A DNA stretch of 64,000 nucleotides from an uncultured Gemmatimonadales bacterium (GTDB lineage: Bacteria > Gemmatimonadota > Gemmatimonadetes > Gemmatimonadales > Gemmatimonadaceae): NCBI GenBank assembly GCA_963850905.1, contig CAWKMU010000003.1, positions 1,504,001 to 1,568,000 on the forward strand, in the 5' to 3' direction. The notes under the pieces were generated by a model. It saw nothing but the letters and a program-made list of their open reading frames with translations. It had not been told where the DNA came from and searched no databases. A program made the position numbers and the translations under genes. Below are positions 29,299 through 38,519 of this stretch, in pieces (the first letter of the stretch is position 1; each line of letters begins with the position of its first letter).

Positions 29299-29907
29299 CT
29301 AGCCGCCCCGCGCGAGCAAGCTCAGCAAATAACCGACAAACGGCTCGATGACGTACGCGAGCAGAATCCATGCGATGAGCGGCGACAGATCGAACATCGC
29401 GACCGGCGGGATGAGGCGGCGGATCGGGCGGATCATCCATTCGGTGAGGCTGAAGGCCCACCGCACCCACCCGGAGTAGCGCGAGAGATTGATCCACGAC
29501 GTGACCACGCGGACGATGAGCGCGATCTCCAGCAAGAGGAAGGTCCACCGGATCAGCACGCGCGCCACGCCGTAGACGCCCAACGCCCCGGCGAGCTCAC
29601 CGGCCATGCCCCGGATGTACGTCAGCACCTCGAGCAACACGATCCCACCAATCACCACGACGGCGAGCGCCCACCACGGCGCGCTGGAGGGCAAACCACC
29701 CGCGCGCACGACGCGCCGCTCGATGGGCGCGAGGAGGGGATCAACCGTGCTCCGGAAGAAGCGCGCGATCGGGCCGAAGGGACTGACACGTCGCGTGCGC
29801 ACGAGCCAGTCGATGGCCAGGACCAGCGTGACCACGCCCGCGAGCGCGGCGAGCGTCGGTCGCAAGAACTCCAGGATCACGTCGAAGACGCCCAACGTTC
29901 CGCTCAT
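29299..29907 (-). CDS. yggT: YggT family membrane protein (two repeats)
   Basis: VDPLLAPIERR; IVRVVTSW..LTEWMIRPIRRLIPP..MFDLSPLIA. Confidence 0.88.
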   Translation of the reverse strand: MSGTLGVFDVILEFLRPTLAALAGVVTLVLAIDWLVRTRRVSPFGPIARFFRSTVDPLLAPIERRVVRAGGLPSSAPWWALAVVVIGGIVLLEVLTYIRGMAGELAGALGVYGVARVLIRWTFLLLEIALIVRVVTSWINLSRYSGWVRWAFSLTEWMIRPIRRLIPPVAMFDLSPLIAWILLAYVIEPFVGYLLSLLARGG

Positions 29908-29920
29908 TGCCTCCCCGTGG

Positions 29921-31252
29921 TCAACCTACGGCCCACCGACCAATCCCCCATGTGATTACGGTGACACCGAGCCCTGCTGCCCAGACGGGCAATGGAGCGG
30001 GTGGTGCACCCGCTGCCAACGGGATGATAGCAAAGGACGCTACTACGGGCAGCGCGATCGTCATGGCCGACAGCAAGATCCCTTCACGTCGCGCAGCGCG
30101 GCCAGCCCAGTACGCGAGGGGCGCGAAAAGCACGCAGAGCCACGCAACCATGATCCATTGGGCAAAGTGTGCCCATCGGCCAATGTCGGGGATGAAGAGC
30201 CGCCACGCTTGCCACACGCCGTCGCCGATCCGTCGGTGCAGCGCGGGCGGCGGCGCACCGCCGCGGTGCGCGACGTCGAACGCGGTCGAGCCGGTCGTGG
30301 TGATGGCGCGCACGACCATGGTGTCGACTGCGGAGGCACGTGCGGCAAACGCGTCCGTCACGATCCAGGACGGCGCGTGGAAGCCCAGCGCGTCTGATCG
30401 CCGGCGGATGCGAAAGATCAGATCGTCTCCTCCCCGGCCGAGCAGGAAGATCTCCTTTCGCCACTGATCGTGAACGTCGACGATTGGCGCCAGGGAGGGG
30501 CGAGTAGTCCCTGGCTGCATGGTGACGGCGATCACCGCGCCGTCGGCCAACAGCGAGTCACGCATGGCTTCGCTCGCGGAAGCGGACATGCGGCCGATGC
30601 CGATATCAACCCCGTTGAACGTCGCGTCGACCACGACGCCATCGAGCAGCGAGTAGCCGGGGAGGTCGGGCGCGACCTGTGGATAGTAGATGCTGTGCGG
30701 AAGCGCCGGCATCAGCGCCCACTGCACGAACGCGGCGACGATACAAACGACGAGCGCGGCGAGGCCGCTCAGCCGCCCGGCGAGGTGTCCCGGTGGTGTC
30801 AGCCATACGCGGCGCATGTCGACGGCGGCGACACCGATCACCGCGCCCGTGGTGTTGGCCACGATATCACCCAGATCCGAGTCGCGTCCCGGGACGACAT
30901 AGAACTGCAGCGCCTCGATGGAGCTGGTCAGCAACAGCGCGAGTGTCCATGCGGTCCAGCGCCGCATCCCGCTCAGCCGCAGCCCGATGCCAAGCGGGAC
31001 GAAAAGACCGATGTTGAGAAGGAAGTTGGCTGTGCCAGTGCTGCCGCAGAGGAGACACACATCGAAATGCGTGGGGAGACTATCCCCCAGCGGACGAAGG
31101 GTCAGCCGCGCAATGACGATCAGGCTGAGGATGGTCGTAGCAATACCGAGCGCCTTTTGTGGCGTCCGTGCTACATCTCGGGCCCAGCTTATCAGGTCAA
31201 CCCCGGCGCGTGGTGGGTCCGAAACCACGTTGCGGCGTCTCGCAGTGGGCAA
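29921..31252 (-). CDS. VanZ family membrane protein
   Basis: NIGLFVPLG, IEALQFYVVPGRDSDLGDIVANTTGA; start uncertain. Confidence 0.8.
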   Translation of the reverse strand: MPTARRRNVVSDPPRAGVDLISWARDVARTPQKALGIATTILSLIVIARLTLRPLGDSLPTHFDVCLLCGSTGTANFLLNIGLFVPLGIGLRLSGMRRWTAWTLALLLTSSIEALQFYVVPGRDSDLGDIVANTTGAVIGVAAVDMRRVWLTPPGHLAGRLSGLAALVVCIVAAFVQWALMPALPHSIYYPQVAPDLPGYSLLDGVVVDATFNGVDIGIGRMSASASEAMRDSLLADGAVIAVTMQPGTTRPSLAPIVDVHDQWRKEIFLLGRGGDDLIFRIRRRSDALGFHAPSWIVTDAFAARASAVDTMVVRAITTTGSTAFDVAHRGGAPPPALHRRIGDGVWQAWRLFIPDIGRWAHFAQWIMVAWLCVLFAPLAYWAGRAARREGILLSAMTIALPVVASFAIIPLAAGAPPAPLPVWAAGLGVTVITWGIGRWAVG

Positions 31253-31293
31253 AACGACGGGGTATTGCTCGTGGGTAACCGGGTGGCATTATC

Positions 31294-31308
31294 TGGCATC
31301 GTAACTGC
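31294..31308 (+). promoter_or_regulatory. Candidate sigma54 (-24/-12) promoter
   Basis: TGGCAT-CGTAA-CTGC with canonical GG-N10-GC spacing, upstream of the XrtA-type deacetylase operon. Confidence 0.5.
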
Positions 31309-31400
31309 GAATGTATCTGCGCTGAAAGACCCACGGCTCACATTGTGTGATGTCCGTCACTAAGCTGTTGGGCGAGCCAGAACTCGACGAGTTGGCTTTC

Positions 31401-32288
31401 GTGACCCAAGCGCTCCGACATTTCTTTACCGTCGACGTGGAAGAGTACTTCCAGGTCAACGCATTCGACGAATTCATCACGCGCGAGAGCTGGCCGACGT
31501 ATCCGAGCCGTGTGGCGGAGAACGTCGACCGGTTGCTCGACATGTTGGCGTGCCACCGCGTCACGGGCACGTTCTTCACGCTGGGCTGGATCGCCAAGCG
31601 ACACCCGCGCGTGGTCAAGCGCATCGCGCAAGCTGGGCACGAGATCGCATCGCACGGCTGGTGGCATCGAAAAGTGACTGCGCTGACAGCATCCGAGTTC
31701 CGAGAGGATGTCCGGCTGTCGAAGGAGGTGCTGGAAGACATCACGGGCATTCGGGTGCTCGGATTCCGCGCCCCCAGCTTTTCGATCGTGCCGGGCCGGG
31801 AGTGGGCAATTGACGTGCTCATCGAAGAACAGTACGCGTATGACTCGAGCATGTTTCCGGTGCGCCGCCCCGAGTATGGATATCCTGATGCACCACCGAT
31901 CGCACACGTCATCGAGCGGCCGGCTGGGCGGTTGTGCGAATTTCCGTTGGCCACGACGGTCTGGAACGGCGTGCGGATCCCGGCCGCGGGTGGCGGCTAT
32001 CTGCGCCATTTCCCCTATCACGTGATTCAACGCGCCTTTCGCGAGCACACCGAGAACCGCCTGCCAGGAGTGTTCTACATCCATCCGTGGGAGCTCGACA
32101 CCGAGCAGCCGCGTCTGCCAGTGCCGCTCATGACGCGAGTCCGACACTACCGCGGCATCCGAAACACGGCGGAGCGCGTGGAGCGTCTCTTGTCAGAATT
32201 CAGCTTCACCGCGTTGCGGGATGCGTTGCCGCCGACGGCCTCGTTGTGGAGCCTGCCGCCGCGACCCGACACGGCGGTCGTCCAGTGA
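31401..32288 (+). CDS. XrtA/PEP-CTERM-system polysaccharide deacetylase (DUF3473)
   Basis: TVDVEEYFQV, TFFTLGW, GHEIASHG..H, GFRAPSFSI, YDSS, GGGYLR, FYIHPWELD. Confidence 0.92.
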   Translation: MTQALRHFFTVDVEEYFQVNAFDEFITRESWPTYPSRVAENVDRLLDMLACHRVTGTFFTLGWIAKRHPRVVKRIAQAGHEIASHGWWHRKVTALTASEFREDVRLSKEVLEDITGIRVLGFRAPSFSIVPGREWAIDVLIEEQYAYDSSMFPVRRPEYGYPDAPPIAHVIERPAGRLCEFPLATTVWNGVRIPAAGGGYLRHFPYHVIQRAFREHTENRLPGVFYIHPWELDTEQPRLPVPLMTRVRHYRGIRNTAERVERLLSEFSFTALRDALPPTASLWSLPPRPDTAVVQ

Positions 32289-33403
32289 GCTCGTCCGCGC
32301 CGCCCATCGCAGCCGGCGCCGGGAGCGTGTTATCGGCTCCGAGCGTCGTGAGTCCATCGGTTGCCACGTTCGAGGGTGATGGCCCCGACTGGGATGCATT
32401 CGTCCGGTCGCAACCAAGCAGCACACACTGTCACGTGTATGGATGGCGGGGTGTGATGGCCGACGTATTCGGGCACGAATGCGTGTACCTCGTCGCGCGC
32501 GATCGGTCGGGCCGGATCGAGGGTGTGTTGCCGATGGTACGCGTGAAGAGCCGGTTGTTCGGCCACTTCCTCGTGTCGATGCCTTTTCTCAACTATGGCG
32601 GCCCGCTCGGCAGTCCGCGCGCCGTCGCTGCCCTCGCGGGCGCTGCGGCCGAGCGTGCGGCGCGAGAGCGGGTATCGCTGCTGGAGCTCAGGTCTCGTGC
32701 GCCATGGTTTGGCGCGCCGACGAGTGGGTGGGTGGCGTCGACGCGCAAGGTCACCGTGGTGCTCGGATTGCCGTCCGTCGGCGGCGCGGCCGCGCTCTGG
32801 AAGCAGCTCGACGCCAAGTTGCGCAGCCAGGTGCGGCGACCCCAGAAGGAAGGGGTCGAGGTTCGATTCGGGGTCGATCAGCTCGAGCCGTTCTACGAGG
32901 TCTTTGCGCAGCACATGCGGGACCTGGGAACGCCTGCGCAACCACTTCGACTCTTCGAGGCCATCGCCACGGCGTTCCCCGACGACGTCTGGTTCGGGTG
33001 CGCATATCTGCAGGGCAGGCCGGTCGCGGCGGGGTGCGGATTCCGATGGCAATCGGAATTCGAGATGACGTGGGCGTCATCGCTCGTCGCGTACAAGCGC
33101 ACATCGCCCAACATGCTCTTGTACTGGGCCTTCATGGAGCGTGCGTGCGAGCAGGGGCTAGCCGCGTTCAACTTCGGTCGCTGCACGAGCGGGAGCGGCC
33201 CGCACAAGTTCAAGCTGCAATGGGGCGCGCGCGACGAGCAGCTCTGGTGGTACGACTGGCGGGCGGCAGATGCGGTCGAGGGTGTCGGAAAGACGCCCTC
33301 GCCGGACGACGCGGCCTATGCCTGGGGCCCGCGGCTCTGGAAGCGGCTCCCACTGCCGCTCGCGACGGCTCTCGGTCCGCGTATTGTGAAGTACATTCCG
33401 TAG
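32285..33403 (+). CDS. FemAB-like (GNAT fold) XrtA/PEP-CTERM-system protein
   Basis: SRLFGHFLVSMPFLNYGG, LRSQVRR, HMRDLGTP, PNMLLYW, FNFGR, FKLQWGA; GTG overlaps the upstream TGA. Confidence 0.9.
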   Translation: MSSSAPPIAAGAGSVLSAPSVVSPSVATFEGDGPDWDAFVRSQPSSTHCHVYGWRGVMADVFGHECVYLVARDRSGRIEGVLPMVRVKSRLFGHFLVSMPFLNYGGPLGSPRAVAALAGAAAERAARERVSLLELRSRAPWFGAPTSGWVASTRKVTVVLGLPSVGGAAALWKQLDAKLRSQVRRPQKEGVEVRFGVDQLEPFYEVFAQHMRDLGTPAQPLRLFEAIATAFPDDVWFGCAYLQGRPVAAGCGFRWQSEFEMTWASSLVAYKRTSPNMLLYWAFMERACEQGLAAFNFGRCTSGSGPHKFKLQWGARDEQLWWYDWRAADAVEGVGKTPSPDDAAYAWGPRLWKRLPLPLATALGPRIVKYIP

Positions 33404-33454
33404 GGCACTGACTGCGGGATCAGGGTCGGGGAACGACCACCGCGACGACGAGAA

Positions 33455-33594
33455 GGGCGGCCTGAAGGCCGCCCCTACAGGTTGCTGCGGACGGTGTCAG
33501 ATTCGAATTCCGCGACGCGCAACGCACAGGCCCGTATGGCTCTCCGGTATTTCGCCGTCCGTGCCGACATGTAGGGGCGGGCTTCAGCCCGCCC
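33455..33594. repeat. Inverted pair of GTAG-type REP palindromes
   Basis: GTAGGGGCGGCCTTCAGGCCGCCC (minus, 33455-33478) and GTAGGGGCGGGCTTCAGCCCGCCC (plus, 33571-33594). Confidence 0.85.
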
Positions 33595-33651
33595 GCTAGT
33601 TGTCCGGTGCAGTTCAAGTACGCTGACCTGACCTCGTTGTTCAGGGCATCC

Positions 33652-34896
33652 ATGCGCGTGCGCTACCTCCCCCCAGTTTCCTCGCCGACCTGCTTCCGCG
33701 CGTTGACGCGTGCGGCGGTGGAGGCGGCGTGGCCGGAAAACGGCGGCAAGGCGAGTGGTGCCGCGTCGGATCGGGTCGCCGCGGCGTTGCGGGAGCGTTT
33801 TGGAGCGACGGCGATCGCCCTCACGGACAGCGGCACGTCGGCGCTGGTGATCGCGCTGCGCGCGATGGTGCGAGAGGGTGGGGCGGTGGCACTCCCGGCG
33901 TATGGGTGCGTGGACCTGATTGCCGCGGCGATCCGCTCAGGCGCGCGGGTCCGGCTGTACGATGTCGATCCCGGCACCCTGGGGCCTGACTTCGATTCGA
34001 TGCGGCGGACTCTGACGCGTGGAGTGGACGCGCTCGTCGTCACGCACCTGTACGGCTATCCCGTCGACATGGCCGCGGTGCGCGCCGTGACAGACGCGGC
34101 CGGTGTGCGGGTGATCGAGGATGCGGCGCAGCATGCAGGTGCCCGCTTGGGCGGTGTGGCAGTCGGGTCGAGCGGGCCGGTGACTGTGCTGAGCTTCGGT
34201 CGCGGCAAGGGGACGACGGGTGGTCGCGGCGGGGCGCTGTTCGCGACCAGGGCGGCGGACAAAGTTCTTGCGACGACGATCGAGGCGTGGGCGCGCGTAA
34301 ATGGTGCACAGGCGCGCGCGAACGGGAACGGGGCGGCTCGCGGGGCGGAGGTAGCCGGGTGGCGCGATGTCGGCCAAACCGCGGCCCAGTGGGCGTTTGG
34401 CCGTCCGTGGCTGTACGCGATCCCGGCGTCGATTCCTATGTTGGGGCTTGGACAGACCGTGTATCGGCCGGCGGGCGAGCCGGGGCGCCTCTCGCGCGCG
34501 GCAGGCGCGTTGGTGGAGCGGGCGTTGGCGCGGGTCGACGCCGATCGCATCTGTCGGTCGCAGCGCGCGCGGTGGTATGCGGAGCGTCTCTCTGGCGTGT
34601 CGACGCTGGCGCTCGTGCGCTCGATCGCTGGCGCGGAGCCGGGCTACCTCCGTCTCCCCGTGTTGACGGCGGTCGCGAATGACCCCAATCGCATCCCCGC
34701 GCCCAAGCTCGGCATCGTGCGCACCTATCCACTGCCCCTTGGTGAAGAGCCTGCCGCCGCCGCCGTGCTGCAGGTCGGGGAGCCAGCGATGCCTGGCGCG
34801 CGCGCGATTTGCAGTCGGCTTTTCTCGTTGCCGACACACGCGGCGGTGACGGATGCCGACGCCGAGCGCATTGTGGAGTGGGCGACGGCAACATGA
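33652..34896 (+). CDS. DegT/DnrJ/EryC1/StrS family PLP-dependent protein
   Basis: SGTSAL, THLYGYP, IEDAAQ, SFGRGK..GG.GG, LPTH. Confidence 0.85.
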   Translation: MRVRYLPPVSSPTCFRALTRAAVEAAWPENGGKASGAASDRVAAALRERFGATAIALTDSGTSALVIALRAMVREGGAVALPAYGCVDLIAAAIRSGARVRLYDVDPGTLGPDFDSMRRTLTRGVDALVVTHLYGYPVDMAAVRAVTDAAGVRVIEDAAQHAGARLGGVAVGSSGPVTVLSFGRGKGTTGGRGGALFATRAADKVLATTIEAWARVNGAQARANGNGAARGAEVAGWRDVGQTAAQWAFGRPWLYAIPASIPMLGLGQTVYRPAGEPGRLSRAAGALVERALARVDADRICRSQRARWYAERLSGVSTLALVRSIAGAEPGYLRLPVLTAVANDPNRIPAPKLGIVRTYPLPLGEEPAAAAVLQVGEPAMPGARAICSRLFSLPTHAAVTDADAERIVEWATAT

Positions 34897-34950
34897 TCTG
34901 CGGTCAGAGGGGTTTGTGGTGGCCCGTGACAGAGCCAGCCTGACGAGTCC

Positions 34951-36687
34951 GTGACCACTCTGCTCGAGAGTGCGGCCGCTGAACGCGTCGACGCGGGCCG
35001 GCGTGCGCGCCTGCGTGGAGTGTCCGTTGCCGCGCTTGTCGTGCTCTCGGCAGTCGGTGTCGGCCGGATCATCGCCACCTACTCCGTCTTCAGTCAAACG
35101 ACTGATGAGCCAGCCCACGTGGCTCCCGGTATGGAATGGCTGCAGCGCGGCTCTTACACGCTCGAGGCCATTACCCCGCCGCTCGCTCGTGTCGCGGATG
35201 CGCTCGGCCCGTATCTCTCGGGGCGTCGCCTGGCACCGACGGGCGGTTTGTGGAAGCAGGGCGACGACATCCTGATGGCTCCGGGCCGTTACCAGCACGA
35301 GCTCGCGCTCGCGCGCCTGGGCGCGCTGCCGTTCTTCCTTCTTGCGGTGCTCGTGGTGTGGGATTGGACGCGCCGGCGGTACGGAGACCCGGCAGCGATC
35401 CTCGCGGCGGGACTGCTGACCACGACGCCTGCGGTGTTGGCGCATTCGGGGCTGGCCACGACGGATATGGCTGTGGCGGCGACGTGCGCGTTCGCGCTCG
35501 CGGCGATGACGAATTTTCTGGAGCGGCCCACGTCCCGCGGGGCTGCCGTGCTGGGTTTCGCCGCCGGGCTCGCAACGCTGTCAAAATTCACCGCCGTCTT
35601 GCTCTTGCCGGCATGTGCGGTCGCGCTCGTCCTGTGGCGATGGTTCCTCCTGCGACGACAGTCCAAGCCGCCGCACCCTTGGCACCAACTGCTCCCGCCT
35701 CGGCGGGCCCTTGGCGTTGTCGCTGTGAGCGCCGTGCTGACCGTGTGGGCGGGATATCGCTTCTCTCTCGGTTCGATAACCGACGACACTGCCCGCCCGC
35801 ACACATCGATCGACCGGCTGGTTGGCTCGAGCGGCCGACTCCACAATGTCGCGTACACCGTGGCGGAGTCGTTCGTCGTCCCGGCTCCCGCATTTTTTCA
35901 CGGACTGGCCGAAGTGTCGAACAAGAACGCGAGGGGGCACGAAGGCTATTTGTTGGGCCACACTCGGCAGACCGGCTGGTGGTACTACTTTCCGGTCGCG
36001 CTGGGAGTGAAGACGCCACTCCCATTCTTGCTTCTCGTTGCCATCGGCGCCGTCTACCTGCTCAGAGAGGCGCGGCGCGAGCTCGACTGGGTCGTCGCCG
36101 CACCCGTGATCGCTGCGGGGGCGATCCTGCTGGTCTATCTGCCGAGCCACGTCAACATCGGGCTGCGATACATCCTCCCGATCTACCCCCCACTCGCGAT
36201 CGTGGCCGGCGTCGGGGCCTGGCGCTTGTGGAGCGAGGGCAAGTCGAAAGCAGTGGCTGCAGCGGTGGTCATGCTGCTCACCTGGCAGGTGGTCGCGTCA
36301 GTTCGCGCGCACCCCGACTATCTCGCGTACTTCAACGAGCTGGCGAGCCGGCATCCGGAGGACGTCCTGGTCGACAGCGATCTGGATTGGGGCCAGGACC
36401 TCTGGCGGTTGTCGACCGTTCTGCGAGAGCAGCACATCGATTCTGTCTCTCTGGTGTATGCCGGATCGCCGCAACTCGATCTGACCCAGTTCGGGCTGCC
36501 GCCGTTTCGTCTACTCAAGCCGTACGAGCACGCAAACGGGTGGGTGGCTATCAGCTTACTGCGGCTCAAGGCCGGTGGACTCGGGTTTCCTCCCGATGCC
36601 TACGCCTGGCTTGATGCGTATCAGCCCCACTCGCGGGTGGGGCGATCCATTTGGCTCTATCACTTGCCCCCAGACACGAATCGCTGA
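34951..36687 (+). CDS. GT-C (GT39/PMT/ArnT-like) glycosyltransferase
   Basis: TTDEPAH, LAHSGLATTD, SKFT, WWYYFP...KTP, G.RY.LP, YFNEL, DSDLDWGQDL. Confidence 0.85.
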   Translation: MTTLLESAAAERVDAGRRARLRGVSVAALVVLSAVGVGRIIATYSVFSQTTDEPAHVAPGMEWLQRGSYTLEAITPPLARVADALGPYLSGRRLAPTGGLWKQGDDILMAPGRYQHELALARLGALPFFLLAVLVVWDWTRRRYGDPAAILAAGLLTTTPAVLAHSGLATTDMAVAATCAFALAAMTNFLERPTSRGAAVLGFAAGLATLSKFTAVLLLPACAVALVLWRWFLLRRQSKPPHPWHQLLPPRRALGVVAVSAVLTVWAGYRFSLGSITDDTARPHTSIDRLVGSSGRLHNVAYTVAESFVVPAPAFFHGLAEVSNKNARGHEGYLLGHTRQTGWWYYFPVALGVKTPLPFLLLVAIGAVYLLREARRELDWVVAAPVIAAGAILLVYLPSHVNIGLRYILPIYPPLAIVAGVGAWRLWSEGKSKAVAAAVVMLLTWQVVASVRAHPDYLAYFNELASRHPEDVLVDSDLDWGQDLWRLSTVLREQHIDSVSLVYAGSPQLDLTQFGLPPFRLLKPYEHANGWVAISLLRLKAGGLGFPPDAYAWLDAYQPHSRVGRSIWLYHLPPDTNR

Positions 36688-36785
36688 GGACTGTATCTCA
36701 TGGGGCGATGGCAAGCCAACGGCTGCATTGGGCGAGGCCTCGCGTACACTCGGCAGATTATGAGTGGGCGCCGGCGTGTCGACGA

Positions 36786-38519
36786 CTAGCGCGTCAGCTT
36801 GAAGAGAATGGCCCAGGGCGTCTCAGCGACGACGGGGAATTCACGTCGCATGTCGGTCTCGAACGTCGGACGCTTGGCGAGTGCTCGCCGCTCGACAATG
36901 AAGTAGCGCGCGCCGCGGCGCATCAGGGCATGCACCTCCGGTAGTGTATGGTCCTGCACGCAAGGGCTGAACCCTTTGTGGTCCGTCCAATAGAAGTACC
37001 ATGGATGCTCGTACGCAGACTCCGTCGGTGAGATGCAGTCGCCGCCGCTCGAGACGATCAGCACACCAGGCGGCATGAGCGGCGCGAACATGCGAGCGGT
37101 TTGGTATTCGGGGACCGACCGGCTCGTCGAGTGGCGCTCGGCGTAGGTGATCCTGGCGGTGGACAAGAGTGCGACTAGTACCAGAGAGGCGAGCGCACCT
37201 GTTGCCAGTGCCTTCGCCATGAGCGGACGGCGGTTGCGTGAGGGACGAGGCATTATTGTCACCAGGGCGCCTCCTGCTGCAGCCGCAATCAGAACTGCGG
37301 TCCCCGCTGCTTCGACGACGTGGTTCGCAACGACGAACGCGATCGTTGCGCACAGCGCGACGGCGCCTGCCATGCGACGACTTCTGGAGTCGAGGTCCTG
37401 GAAACGCAGTGCCAAGACCGCACCTGTCCACCCGACCAGCAAGGCCACGGGTGGAACTGAAACAATGTGATAGTACGTTCCCCAAGCGAACGCACTAGTG
37501 CCGGCAATGACGAGATAGTAGACGAAGACGGCACCATACCAGAACAGACCGTAACCCACATCGGACGGCCGCGGCCCGATGGCGATTGCCAGAGCTACCG
37601 CCAGCACACCCGCTAGCGTCCAAACGAAATGGACGTCGATGCCGATGATTGCCGGGATATAGGACGGGTCGGTGAACGTGGTCAGCCCGACGAAGTGGTG
37701 ATGGTTGGAGACGCCCAACGAGTTGCCATAGGCGAGCCAGAACTCGCGGGCGTGTGCGTACCACAATGCAGGGGGCAGGATTGCGGCCAGCGCGAAGGCC
37801 CACAAGCGGGCACTCTTCAGGATCGCTGGCCCTCGGCGCCACAGCGCGAGCATGGCAAACGCCAGTCCCACGTGGGCTGCGGGAGCCTTGGCGAGTATTG
37901 CGAACGAAGTGAGTACAAGCGCAGTCCAATACCAACGCCAGCGATTCTCCTGCAGCCAACGGACGAAGGCGTACATCGCGCCCACGTAGCCAAGTAGCAT
38001 GAACGGCTCTGGCTGGATCGTGGTCGCGAGTCGGACGGCGATCGGGTTGAGCGCAAAGAACACACCGGCAGCAATCGCTCCGGGTGGCGGAAGCAGATAG
38101 GCGGCGAGTCGCGTGAAGAGAAACAACGTGAGCAGCGCTGCCACGTAGGACAGCACTCGACCGATTTGCTCGTGAAACCCCACGATCTTATAGCCGACCG
38201 CGATCAGGTACGGGTAGATCGGAAACTCCATCTCCACGTATCCCGGACCATCGCCGCGCCAGTCTATCCGGGGCGACCGAATGTCCATGCCCTCGCGGGC
38301 AAAGTTGCGAGCGATCGCGGCTACGTCTGTCTCTCGCCAGATCTCCCAATCTCGTCCATCCAAGGGATGCCAGAGATTCACTGCGTTTACGGCGGCTCCG
38401 AGCAGGAGGATGGAGATGAGTGCTCGCCAGGAGAGGCGGCCACGGCCGATTCCGCGAGGTGGCGCCGAGCGGAGTGGCCGGGCCGCCGGTTCAACTGGTG
38501 TGGCGGCAGCGGCAGTCAC
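36786..38519 (-). CDS. GT-C (ArnT/GT83-like) glycosyltransferase
   Basis: WRETDVAAIARNF, MEFPIYPY, QPEP, LAK; multi-pass. Confidence 0.8.
   Translation of the reverse strand: MTAAAATPVEPAARPLRSAPPRGIGRGRLSWRALISILLLGAAVNAVNLWHPLDGRDWEIWRETDVAAIARNFAREGMDIRSPRIDWRGDGPGYVEMEFPIYPYLIAVGYKIVGFHEQIGRVLSYVAALLTLFLFTRLAAYLLPPPGAIAAGVFFALNPIAVRLATTIQPEPFMLLGYVGAMYAFVRWLQENRWRWYWTALVLTSFAILAKAPAAHVGLAFAMLALWRRGPAILKSARLWAFALAAILPPALWYAHAREFWLAYGNSLGVSNHHHFVGLTTFTDPSYIPAIIGIDVHFVWTLAGVLAVALAIAIGPRPSDVGYGLFWYGAVFVYYLVIAGTSAFAWGTYYHIVSVPPVALLVGWTGAVLALRFQDLDSRSRRMAGAVALCATIAFVVANHVVEAAGTAVLIAAAAGGALVTIMPRPSRNRRPLMAKALATGALASLVLVALLSTARITYAERHSTSRSVPEYQTARMFAPLMPPGVLIVSSGGDCISPTESAYEHPWYFYWTDHKGFSPCVQDHTLPEVHALMRRGARYFIVERRALAKRPTFETDMRREFPVVAETPWAILFKLTR

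Noticed and set aside
20867..33635. CRISPR array or IS elements among the repeats
   Set aside because: No regularly spaced repeat-spacer units, cas genes or transposase ORFs; the repeats are heptamer hairpins and REPs
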